Source of the DNA: Octopus bimaculoides
Taxonomy: Eukaryota
NCBI RefSeq assembly: GCF_001194135.2
Contig: NC_068995.1
Coordinates: 30,745,779-30,809,778 of the forward strand
Reading direction: 5' to 3'
Length of the DNA: 64,000 nt
Made by a program: the position numbers and the translations under genes. The notes below the pieces were generated by a model that saw only the letters and a program-made list of their open reading frames with translations, was not told the DNA's origin and searched no databases. Positions within the stretch are counted from its first letter, which is position 1. The number at the start of each line of letters is the position of its first letter. Below, one piece after another: positions 13,741 through 25,631 of the stretch.

Positions 13741-14045
13741 TAATGAACATCATAAATAAGGTCATGAAATATTGACAGAATAAAATTTGCAAACACCCTA
13801 ATGGTAATACAAATCAATATAAAAATCATGATAATTACAAACTATATAATGATAATGACATAATAATAATTTCAAGTTTTGGCACAAGGCCAGCAAGTTT
13901 GGGGAAAGGGGTAAGTTAATTTCATCAATCCCAATACTCAATTGCTGTTTGCTTTATCAACCCCGAAAGTATGAAAGGCAAAGTCAAATTTGAAGGAATT
14001 TGAACTCAGAAGATAAAGACAGATGAAATGCCACTAAGCATCTTG
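13066..14045 (-). mobile_element. Array of four copies of a ~220-bp tRNA-derived SINE (family A): ~13066-13286, 13287-13510, 13511-13707, 13861-14045
   Basis: Shared GGCACAAGGCC..AATTTT...GATGAAAGGCAAAGT..ACCT..GC.GAATTTGAACTCAGAA. On the minus strand it shows a B-box-like GTTCAAATTC and a (TTA)n tail. Confidence 0.85.
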
Positions 14046-14559
14046 TAATGACACAATGATAATATGCCAATGATCAACAATAATATAAATTACAAACATG
14101 ATGAAAAAATGTCACTGAACATCACAGGTAAAATTATGAAGCTATTACACAGATAAGAAAAAGTAACCATCACAGGGGAAGTTAAGAACATGAAAACATC
14201 AAAAGGGAAACTAAGAAATTTTAAATATTACAAGATTTCTACTTATTAAAATGGCTTTTCCAAACCTTAAATCAAAGCATAAATAATTGATTACAGCTTG
14301 TCATGTGTTAAACTATTCCATTCCATTTTATTGCAAAAATGAAGTTTATAATCAATTCAAAAATAAACCATTTAAGATCTTATTTTTTCCTCTTAGATTC
14401 ATTTTTCTATAATGTGACCGTTTTTATGTTTTACTGAAGTTTTTGAATATTTGCACATTACGGAAGCTATTGTTTTGTGGTTTTTCTTGAGTTTGATCAT
14501 TTTTCTCTTGCTAACACTTCCTTCGTGTAGACTGAAAAAAGCAAAGGTTATGTCCCTAG

Positions 14560-14765
14560 TATTTATATCAAATATAATGCTTGTTTATTCACATTGTTTT
14601 GAATTAATCATGCATTATCTCATAGCTTTGAGATTTCAATGATGTGATTGTTTAATTTTGTAATAAAATTGTAGAGTAGGTGTGAGAAGCCGGCCACGGT
14701 CAGTTTGAACATAAAACAGGAAGATTATTCAGGCAGGATTTGACTAGTTTAGATGCTAAAGAGTT
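14560..14765. mobile_element. TTAA-ended MITE fragment (piggyBac-like end GATGCTAAAGAGTTAA); related copy in opposite orientation at ~42215-42425
   Basis: Terminal motif plus shared internal TTAATCATG..TTATCT..TAGCTTTGAGAT and TAGGTGTGAGA.GCC segments. Confidence 0.5.
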
Positions 14766-16436
14766 AAATTCAGAATCGTATATCATTAGTAGTCCAGTGC
14801 ACAAAAGAAAAAATAGTCAAGTGCAAGAACATTATTATTAGATATATTCCTTCTACTTAATATATACTTGGTCTTGCTTTGAGAGAACATGTTCACTGAT
14901 AATATTAAATATCATGCAATTGCAATAGCTGCTCTGAAGTTAGATCTGCAGTTAATTAGATGCAGATTAGGAAGAAAAAAGTGGAATGTTTTGTCAGAGT
15001 AGATAATTTTTATAAAATTCAATCTTCAAAAAACAAGCTACAATTTGTGGAAGTGGTAAATGATGGAAACAAAAATTCCTGAAACTACACGTATTCCATT
15101 TCAGAGAATTTGGTGAACCTAATAAAGAGCTGCTGCAATATTATCACATCTCTGTTACATAATCATATGCTGCTGCTTTTATACTGCGCTTTGTATATTA
15201 CTACATCTTCTGAGCTACATTTACTACTACTATTATAATATTTTCTAGGTATTTAGCCACGGACCCAGTTTCTACTGGATTTAGTGTCTTCAGACGATAA
15301 TTCTTAGTCTTATTTCCTCCTCACCAAACCTTCCATAAATTGAACCAAAAACTGTGAGATACTATTAACATTCAGTTTGCTTTGCTCATGCCCACGGTCA
15401 CAGTCCCAAAATAGAGTAGTCTCCCCTTGTTCCACTTAGGCGGTTGATTATTTTGGAGTGGAGGTTAGGAAAAAAACAAATCAGTTTTACATTCATTCCT
15501 GCCCCAAAAACAAAAGCAGCGTTTCAAATAGGAATTGGCATTCGTAGTTAATTCCTTAATAGATCTATTCCTAATGTCAAAGTTTTGTTTGTTTGTTTTT
15601 CTCTTGCTATACATATTTTGCTCTCTCAGCATCCTGTTTGTTTGCATTAATATTACTGTATCTTCACTGCTATTTGTCTGCTTATTCAGTCCATTTGATG
15701 ATGATTATCAATTGGCATTTTAATACATGAATATATAAGCTGGCTTAGTGTATTGTTTTAAAGTAGATTATTCTCTTTCTGAGATATCCTGGCCAGTCTC
15801 TCATGTGTAGTAGAAACAATCATATTTTCTGTGCTTACATGTATATTCAGACATTTATTTCAGTTGTTTTGTCCTGTTTTCTCAAATTCAGTTGCTCTAC
15901 TGTTATATCATAGCTACTAACTGTTCTGTTTTAGTTGCATATTTTTTAACAAACCATATTCAATCAAAAAATTCTATTATGGAAATAAATAGTGCAATAT
16001 GATGATGTATACCAAATAATTATATTATATCAAGATGGTAAACAAAATCAATATATTACCTAAAAATAATGTAAAGTTAATGCAAGCATAGAAAATAACC
16101 CAAGGATATCATATTCACAGAGAAAAAGGGATAAAATGAGTAAAATAAAATGGAATGGGTAACTGAAAATTGAGAGTTAATGTAGGTGAAGAATGAGTAT
16201 GAGAGGTATGTGAGGTGTAAGATGAAATGAGAATGGTGAGATGCTAGAAAAGATCAAGTTCAGCTACAGAAGAGAATGTCAGACACACTAGAGGCTGGTA
16301 GCTGGCTTCAAGATAGAGGCTAAGATGCTAGTGTTCATAAAAGATGTGCCATCCTTGATATGGAATTGAAAATTCAGAAATATACAAACAGAATTTTAAT
16401 TTTTGTTATGAATAATTTGTTTCTTTTATTCTTCAA

Positions 16437-16791
16437 AAGGCATGGCTGTATGATAAAAAGTTTGCTTCCCAACCACATGGTTTCAGGTTTGGTCCCACTG
16501 CATAGCACCTTGGGCAAGTGTCTTCTTTTATAACCTCAGGCTGACCAAGACCTTGTGAGTGGATTGGGTAGATGGAAACTAAAAGAAGCCTGTCGTCCAG
16601 TGCTGTAAAAAGCACCGGTGATGGTGCCTTGTAAAAAGCACATAGTACGCTCTTGAAAGTGGTTGGTGTTAGGAAGAAACCCAGCCAAAACAGACTATGG
16701 AACCTGATGTGGACACTGGCCTTGCCAGTTCCCGTCAAGCTGTCCAAGCATGCCAGCTTGAAAAACAGACATTAAATGATGATGATGATGA
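16437..16791 (+). mobile_element. Composite SINE: tRNA-like head (family B) joined to family D body ending in (GAT)n
   Basis: TGGCTGTATGA...CCACATGGTTTCAGGTTTGGTCCCACTG...CCTTGGGCAAGTGTCTTC head, then GGTGTTAGGAAG...CATGCCAGC...TTAAATGATGATGAT. Confidence 0.75.
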
Positions 16792-18996
16792 TCAAGTATT
16801 TAAAATAGGTTTATCCCAAGAAAAGCAAGATTATGGGGGGAAAAAATATACATATGATAATACAGTTATCTTTTCTAATTGCCAAAGCAAAAGTGCTTAC
16901 AATTAGTAATTAGTAAATGGAAAAATTGAATGTGAAATGAATGCCCTCCAGGATAAGACACTAGTCTACAACAGGGAACATTCACCAAAGATCTAGTATG
17001 CCTCCACCACAGCTAAGTGAATGCAATCAACCATTCTAGAGACATTGTCTACAACAGATAAAAAATCATGACCTGATGATTTTCCAATGCATACAGAAAC
17101 TGTGTAAATACACCAACAGTCTATATACAGAAACAAATTAATTAGAAATAATTAGATGCTTCCCCTGAAATTACAGTGTTTTAATCATATGAACATACAA
17201 AATTAATCCATCACCACATCCTTCCATAATCATTTCTATTCACTAACAGGTTAAGAAACTAAGCAAATTAAGGAAATTTAGGATTAATAAAGCTAAAAGG
17301 TTTAATACAAAGGCAAAATGAACAAATAGCAAGGATGCTAAGCTGACAATTTCTGAATCTCTATCTTCTTAGAGAGAATGGCATGCTAAAATTAAATTTG
17401 TGCAAAAGCATTTTGAGGTTTATAATTAATTCTAACAATAAGGTTGTGTTAGAAAAGACCAACCTTCAGAAATATGCCACAGATTACAAGTTTACAGTCA
17501 ACAATGCAGTGCTCAACTTGTACAGAGAGTGAAATAGTGAAGTGTAGCATAGCAGTGTTATTGCCATTAATTAGTTAGAGGTAGAGAGTAATAAGAAACA
17601 AAATTATCTAAAAGCTCAATTCTTACCATTTTTTTATTTTGGGTTTTAAATTTTTTAATTGATTGTTTTCAGTTGCAGAATATTGAATTTTATTTTTTTT
17701 AAGGTGTTGTGTATAGTTTATATTTTCCAGTATTTTCAATTTTGACTTAAAAGAACTGGTCTTGAATGCACATTATGTTGTACCATTGGATAGTTATGAT
17801 GAACTTTAAAACAAAAATTAAGTTAATTTTAGAACATGTGTAAAAATAAGAATAACATTTGTAACAATTTTAGCAACCTAATATAAAGCTTAATATTTCT
17901 CATTAATAAATTGCACATTGATTTACTTTTGAATTTTTCTCCATATTTCAAGTGTGCAGACATATATATATATATATATATGTATATATNNNNNNNNNNN
18001 NNNNNNNNNNNNNNNNNNNNATATTAAACACAACTTTCATATGTATACATAGTATGAATGAAAACAAAGCAAGTAAAACATTACAAATGTAATTTACAGT
18101 AGTGAACATTAACAAAAAGATTCAAATGGTTTATTAACCTGTAAGGTATATTAAAGGTAGCCCTCAATTTTCTGATTTCAAAAGTAGTCAAGGACTATAA
18201 CAATATTTTAGAAAAACAATCTTTATATTTTAAAATACTAAAATCAATATATCTCCAAATCTCATGACCCTTAAATCAAGTTAGATAACCCCACAGGAAC
18301 ATTCTCTTACCTAACATACCATACAATTCGTTATAAAACGTAATATAGCTTTATTTAATGCTCATTATTCATCTAAGACATCAAGTTGTTTGGTTTTAAA
18401 AAGCTTCTATGCTTTGAATTAGATAAATTCAGTATTTTGTTTAAGCTCATACAACAAGGTTTCTATTAAGGCCCACAGGGTTTGATCCATCATTACCCAT
18501 CACCCGACCAAATCATTTCATCTAAATTTTTTTTTTTTATATTAGCTATGTCCTTCACATTTTTTAATAAACGAAGTTTAGATAATAAATATTGTTATAT
18601 AAAATTGTCTAAAATGAAAATACAACACCAAAGTTCTGAAAATGATTGATTGCTGAAAGAAGCCTCAATCTTGAGATTCTTTGGAAAAAATGAGAAAAAA
18701 GAATTTGTGCATTTCTGGTGTTTCCAGAGAATGATGTGATTCTCTAAGAATGATGTGTCAGTGAATGATAAAGTCTGAGAAAAATTTCTTTAAATATCAC
18801 AAATATATATTTGATAAATCTACTCACTTCTGGAATAAGTTAAATTTTCTCTAGAGTGGATTGGTTTTGAGATTACTGCTACAAATACAAAAAAAAACAG
18901 AGATGAGAATTTAATAAAAATAAAATATACAACAACAGTAATAACAATGATGATGACGATGATGAACTTTAAAATTAATCAAGAGTTGCTACCAAC

Positions 18997-19196
18997 CTGG
19001 CGTTCTCATTGTTAGCCTGTGGTATACTTGACGCATTCGCTCCATATTTATCCGACTTACTTCTGAATGAGTCACCATTGGTACAGGATAGTCTTTTCCA
19101 ACAATACATTTAGCAGTCTTCTGAACACTTTCAGGAGCATTCCAAGGTTCATAGATGTATTTTGCTGGGAAACGTTTCAAAATAGGTAAGTAGTGT
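18997..19196 (-). CDS. CRY1: Cryptochrome exon 10 (200 nt to donor): (R)[66 protein letters not shown] + G
   Basis: Acceptor TTTCAG. The 3' end is either donor CAG/GTTGGT at 18996 (phase 1) or read-through to GW-stop (TAG 18991-18989). Confidence 0.93.
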
Positions 19197-21304
19197 CTGA
19201 AAATAAAAGAAACAGACACAAAGATGTATTTTATTGCGAAAGTACATTATTAAATATGAATTACTGAGAACGGTATGATCTTCACTGACAAACACATTGA
19301 AGTGGTTTAAAAGATAATGAAAAAATAAACCTTCAATTATAACATAAAATAATTATGCCAAATCAGATTGGAGCCTGGTGTAGCCATCTGGTTTCACCAG
19401 TCCTCAGTCAAATCGTCCAACCCATGCTAGCATGGAAAGCGGACGTTAAACGACGATGATGATGATGATGATTATAATTAATGTTTTATAGGGTTCAGAA
19501 CAAAATATTTCACCGTTTCGTTCCTTCACCGACGTCCACATAACGTTTAAAACAGGAATACATTTCCAAACCTAAGTTTTCCTACAATTATCTCCCTTAA
19601 ACTATTTTATAATATTCGTACTCAAATGTACGCATTCGTTCAATCTGTATGACATGTTTTTCCGTGATAGTATGGGTTGGACAATCCCAACAATTAACCT
19701 CTACCTAATTTTCATGTGAGGGATTTTTTTTATTCCATGTGTCTTTGGAAGTGCAAAGCTGCAGAATGATTCGATCGCAGGGACAGTAAACAAAACATCA
19801 CTACTTTTGTTCAAACGGTTTCATGTGAGACAGGTACATAAACATACACAATGAGCTTCCATACAGTTTGTCTACCAGTTCCACTCAGAAGACATCGGTG
19901 AGTCTAAGACTACAACAGAAGACAATTGCCCAAAGTGTCATGTGAGATAGAATTCGAAATTTCATAGTTATGAAGTGAACTCTTATCCACACAACCATCC
20001 AGTACCTACTCTTTACTCTTTTACTTGTTTCAGTCATTTGACTGTGGCCATGCTAGAGCACCGCCTTTAGTCGATCAAATCGACCCCAGGACTTATTCTT
20101 TGTAAGCCTAGTACTTATTCTAGCCGAACCGCTAAGTTACAGAGATGTAAACACACCAGCATCGGTTGTCAAGCGATGTTGGTGGACAAACACAGACACA
20201 CAAACATATTAATATATCATCATCATCATCATCATCGTTTAACGTCCGCTTTCCATGCTAGCATGGGTTGGACGATTTGACTGAGGACTGGTGAAACCGG
20301 ATGGCAACACCAGGCTCCAGTCTGATTTGGCAGAGTTTCTACAGCTGGATGCCCTTCCTAACGCCNNNNNNNNNNNNNNNNNNNNNNNNNNNNNNNNNNN
20401 NNNNNNNNNNNNNNNNNNNNNNNNNNNNNNNNNNNNNNNNNNNNNNNNNNNNNNNNNNNNNNNNNNNNNNNNNNNNNNNNNNNNNNNNNNNNNNNNNNNN
20501 NNNNNNNNNNNNNNNNNNNNNNNNNNNNNNNNNNNNNNNNNNNNNNNNNNNNNNNNNNNNNNNNNNNNNNNNNNNNNNNNNNNNNNNNNNNNNNNNNNNN
20601 NNNNNNNNNNNNNNNNNNNNNNNNNNNNNNNNNNNNNNNNNNNNNNNNNNNNNNNNNNNNNNNNNNNNNNNNNNNNNNNNNNNNNNNNNNNNNNNNNNNN
20701 NNNNNNNNNNNNNNNNNNNNNNNNNNNNNNNNNNNNNNNNNNNNNNNNNNNNNNNNNNNNNNNNNNNNNNNNNNNCACCCACTACACTCTCTGAGTGGTT
20801 GGCGTTAGGAAGGGCATCCAGCTGTAGAAACTCTGCCAAATTAGATTGGAGCCTGGTGTTGCCAACCGGTTTCACCAGTCCTCAGTCAAATCGTCCAACC
20901 CATGCTAGCATGGAAGGCGGACGTTAAACGACGATGATGATGATGATGATGATGATGCTTTTTTCAGTTTCCGTGAACCAAATCCACTCACAAGGCTTTG
21001 GTCGGCCCGTGGCTATAGTAGAACACACTTGCCCAAGGTACCACGCAGTGGGACTGAACCCGGAACCATGTGGTTGGTAAGCAAGCTACTTACCACACAG
21101 CCACTCCTACACCTCTTTTTTTTATATACATTTAGTTGTCAACATAAAAAGGGTAGAAGCCAGTAACATTTGTATGCCTTCCCAGACTTGTTTCCTATAT
21201 CTAATTAGTTAAATAAGAATGGAGTCAATTTTGTCAGCCAGCCAAAAATTTTTGAGTATATGAACAGTCACCCTCTCTCTCATGTATGTATGTATGTATG
21301 TATG

Positions 21305-21359
<55 letters not shown>

Positions 21360-21533
21360 NNNNNNNNNNNNNNNNNNNNNNNNNNNNNNNNNNNNNNNNN
21401 NNNNNNNNNNNNATATATAGGGAGAATTCACAAAAAAACAAAAGATGAAGACAGGTGGTGTAAACAACAAACAGATGTTTTAGTATAACGCTCGGGAAGT
21501 GAAAAAGTCTTTAACGTTTCGAGCCTACGCTCT

Positions 21534-21566
<33 letters not shown>

Positions 21567-24500
21567 GTATGTATATGCATGTGCGCACACACACTCTTAC
21601 ATATATTAGAAATGTTTATTACACTGGATGATACCATCTTTTATTCAATTACTCAGTTATGAGAAATATCTTAATTTTCTGATTATTTACCTGATAAAAT
21701 CACCATTTGGATCTATTCTTTTGCCAAATCCAACAGGACAATAGCAATGAAAAAATTGTTGAAAGAAAGAACTACATGACAGCCACATCCACATTCCAGC
21801 ATTGACACTCCAGTCAGCATCAAGCAGCAGTTCATCAAATACCTAAAATAAAGTGATCAGGCAAGAAAAAAAAATTACAATAAATTTTAAATATATAAAC
21901 ATTTGTAACAGCAAAAGTTAAAGATTAGGTTATTCAAGAAAACCAAGATTTGAAAAATATGTGAGAACTGCTGTCTATATCTCATAGCAGCTGTCTTCAC
22001 TGATGACTTGCAGGTAACTGACCAAACATAAGCCAACTGAATCTGCTATTTCAATACATTTCAGTAGCTTCCTAATTCTGACAACTGATGCTCTGATAAG
22101 ACAGAAACATGTTAATCATTGTTGCCAATCACATTTCACAGGAGTCGATTTAAATCTTTAACTTTGGTACATGTTACTAGCAAAAGCAGCACAGTACAAA
22201 CATTAATGTGCTTAGTAACATAAAACAATCAAGAATATAAAAATCTTATATTTAACAGAAATACAATATATATTACTGTTGTATAGTGAAACTGTATATC
22301 CCTCCCAGTAAAAAGTGGCTGGACACAGCCATTATAAATAGACTAGTAGCCAGTCGTCAAGGGAGAGTCAAGAGTTGAAGAGTAGGGAGTAAACAGTTCT
22401 AGTTGGTGTCTTGTGGAGTTATCAGCAATAGTAAGAAAAAGAAGTTCGTGTATTACTATTCTGGAGATAGTAATACAAAGAGATACAACAGTATCTGATG
22501 ACTAGTAACTATTGTGGCTACTAGTGTAAAACAGCAACTACAGTACCACAGAAATTACACACCATCCCAGTGGAAGGAACCCACTTTATAACAATTACAT
22601 TTAAGACAATTAACAAATAAATATATCTTTAGAAATAGAAAACCAGTTTCTTACTTTCATGCCTTCTTCCCATGATAACCAAAGATCTCCGCGAGTTAGG
22701 AAACAAGCAACCGAGTGTCGGGCTAAATGATGAATCCAGCCTTCTTTCCGTAACTGTTTCATGATGGCATCAATCCAAGGAAAACCTGTCATACCCTGGT
22801 AAAAATTCAAGAAAAGTGATGATATACCCAGTCTTTGTTTCAATTAATTTTGAAATAACCTTATCACTATTAAGCTGGTATTTGAAACATAAATCAACAT
22901 GAAATTTTAATGAAAGATTGAATTTAGATCACTTTAAACAGCAAGTCTGCTTCATAGAATCAGCAGTCGCAGGCATGTTGGTATATAAAAAGGGTTAAAT
23001 TTTTAAATTAAAAAATTGCCAATAATATAATTTAGTAGAAAATCGTAAATAAATGTTATAAATAAAATGAAAATGATTTAAACTGGAAAGGGGATAAAAT
23101 AATTTCAAGCATTTGAAAGAATAACAACAATCTTTCACCATAAAACTAATTCCAAACATGTCACCTACTTCTTTAAACATGTCTAAACCAACAATTCAGA
23201 TTCTAAAACCAATAAAACTCTAAACAAAATTTTACAAAGAAAGTTTCAATAATAATCTTTAAAACATTTTAAAGAGATAAGATTTCACTAGAATTCTTCA
23301 GTTTCAAATGAGAGAATGTAAATAAAAAGTATATATTCTGAGTCTGCTATATTAGCACTATATATTCACCAAAGATGGTAAATCTCCCTTATAATAAGTG
23401 TGTTCTGGTTCCAGTTACCATGATAAAATCCTATCAGAATCTGTTTTCAAATCTAAATAATACAGACTCAGAAATAAATATTATATCACACTAGCCGATG
23501 TCATGGTAACTGGAATCAGAACAGAATTATTATAAAAGAAATTTACCATCTTTGGTGGATAAATAGTGGTAATATAGCAGACCCAGAATATATACTTCGA
23601 GTGGTTGGCATTACAAAGAGCATCCAACTGTAGAAACCATGCCAAATCAGACTGGAACCTGGTGCAACTCCCTATATACCAATTTTGAGTTAAACCATCA
23701 TGAAAAACATGATGATGATGATGATTGAAGTTGCTTCATGAATAGAAGTAGTTTGAAGTGTGTGTGTGTGTTTATATTTATGGGACAGTAATGGATGTAG
23801 CATAGGTATCAAATGACAGAGCAGTTAAAGTGTTGGATACAAGTAGATCTTGCGATATTTCTTCCTACTCTCTGTATTCTAAGTTTAAATGTCACCCCAT
23901 CACTGTCAAGATTTGCAACCAGCAAAACGTGTCAGCAATTTGAAAAATTAATGGAAACTTTAATCAGAAGATCACCACCACCACCACCAGTCATCAGGTG
24001 TAATACAGAAACACATACTGTGACAACATTTACCATCACACCATTGATAAATAACTGTAAAATGCAAAACGGATAAGCTACTTCAATATATGTGATATAA
24101 AAAATGTTTGACAAACCCTCACCTCTGCCCATTTAGCTAATGCTTCTTGATTTGTGTCCCAAGGAATCTGTACACAGACTGGATTTCCCAGCATCTGATC
24201 AAATCTAGGATTGTTTGAGGCAACTGTATAGAAGAATTCTCTCCAGAGAAGTTGACCATGAAGTGAAAGAGGTGGTATATTTTTCTTTTTGATCTGAGAA
24301 TAGAATACAGGAATAATCAACAAATATTATATAAATTATGATAACAAAAACATTCATTTTAATTGGTAAATGTGAACACATTTCAACTTCATCACATTTC
24401 ATTTAAATTTCACCATAACACTCCTAGAAAATTTAATATCTCACATCCAACATACATACAAACACTTAGTATGTATTCAGGTCATCATATTTCCACATGA

Positions 24501-25081
24501 AACAGATCAGAATACTATGTCTAACAACTTTCAAGAGACTCTGAAACTACTGTAAATGTTCTAAACAGGACAATCATTGCATGATATACATATATTAGTC
24601 ACAATATACATACATTAGTCATGCAAGATATACATACAGTAGTCATGTCCTTCTTCCCCCAAAAAATTACTTGTTAATTTTTACATTCATGTACATATAT
24701 TCTATGTTAATATCTTTCCAACAACAACTGTGGGACCTTTTGAAATCTATATGTCTAAGATTCATGGATATGCTTACAAAATCAAAAAACAACACAGCAC
24801 CCATGACTTTCAGAAACATTTTTTTACACTCAGAATTGCAAAAACATGGAATAAACCACCCACATCAGTTGTAAGCTGTCAAGACACTACAACTTTCAAA
24901 ACTTCCACACTTACCGAAATTCACCAACAGTACACCTGATGTCCCCTGCTTTTTTTTTTTCTTTTTCCTTAAATGACTCACTTTCTGTGCATTATTCTAT
25001 GTACTGTTCATGCACATTTGGCTACTTTTTCTGTGTTGTAATACACATAAGCATTGCATACAGTAAGTTCACTGTGTGTGT

Positions 25082-25138
<57 letters not shown>

Positions 25139-25594
25139 TGCATGCACGCACAAATGGTATTTGATATATTATGTATATAACCATCTGTTTTCTGCAGAAT
25201 TACTTACAAATCAGTGCAGCAAAAGAACTCAATAAAAAAAAACAACTCACNNNNNNNNNNNNNNNNNNNNNNNNNNNNNNNNNNNNNNNNNNNNNNNNNN
25301 NNNNNNNNNNNNNNNNNNNNNNNNNNNNNNNNNNNNNNNNNNNNNNNNNNNNNNNNNNNNNNNNNNNNNNNNNNNNNNNNNNNNNNNNNNNNNNNNNNNN
25401 NNNNNNNNNNNNNNNNNNNNNNNNNNNNNNNNNNNNNNNNNNNNNNNNNNNNNNNNNNNNNNNNNNNNNNNNNNNNNNNNNNNNNNNNNNNNNNNNNNNN
25501 NNNNNNNNNNNNNNNNNNNNNNNNNNNNNNNNNNNNNNNNNNNNNNNNNNNNNNNNNNNNNNNNNNNNNNNNNNNNNNNNNNNNNNNNNNNNNN

Positions 25595-25631
<37 letters not shown>

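Noticed and set aside
20960-21115. tRNA genes suggested by A/B-box motifs
   Set aside because: These are multi-copy SINE heads with no cloverleaf.
21505-21535. Hammerhead-ribozyme-like half motifs (GAGC-GTAG-GCTC-GAAAC on minus; CTGATGA/GAAA motifs near 1177, 26000 and 36960-36995)
   Set aside because: In each case the CUGANGA core or the required stems are missing or mispaired, so no complete fold can be drawn. At most these are decayed Penelope-type ends.
21691-21842. Assignment as (6-4) photolyase or Drosophila-type light-sensing CRY
   Set aside because: Motifs ([33 protein letters not shown], Asn in DWSVN) match vertebrate-type repressor CRY.
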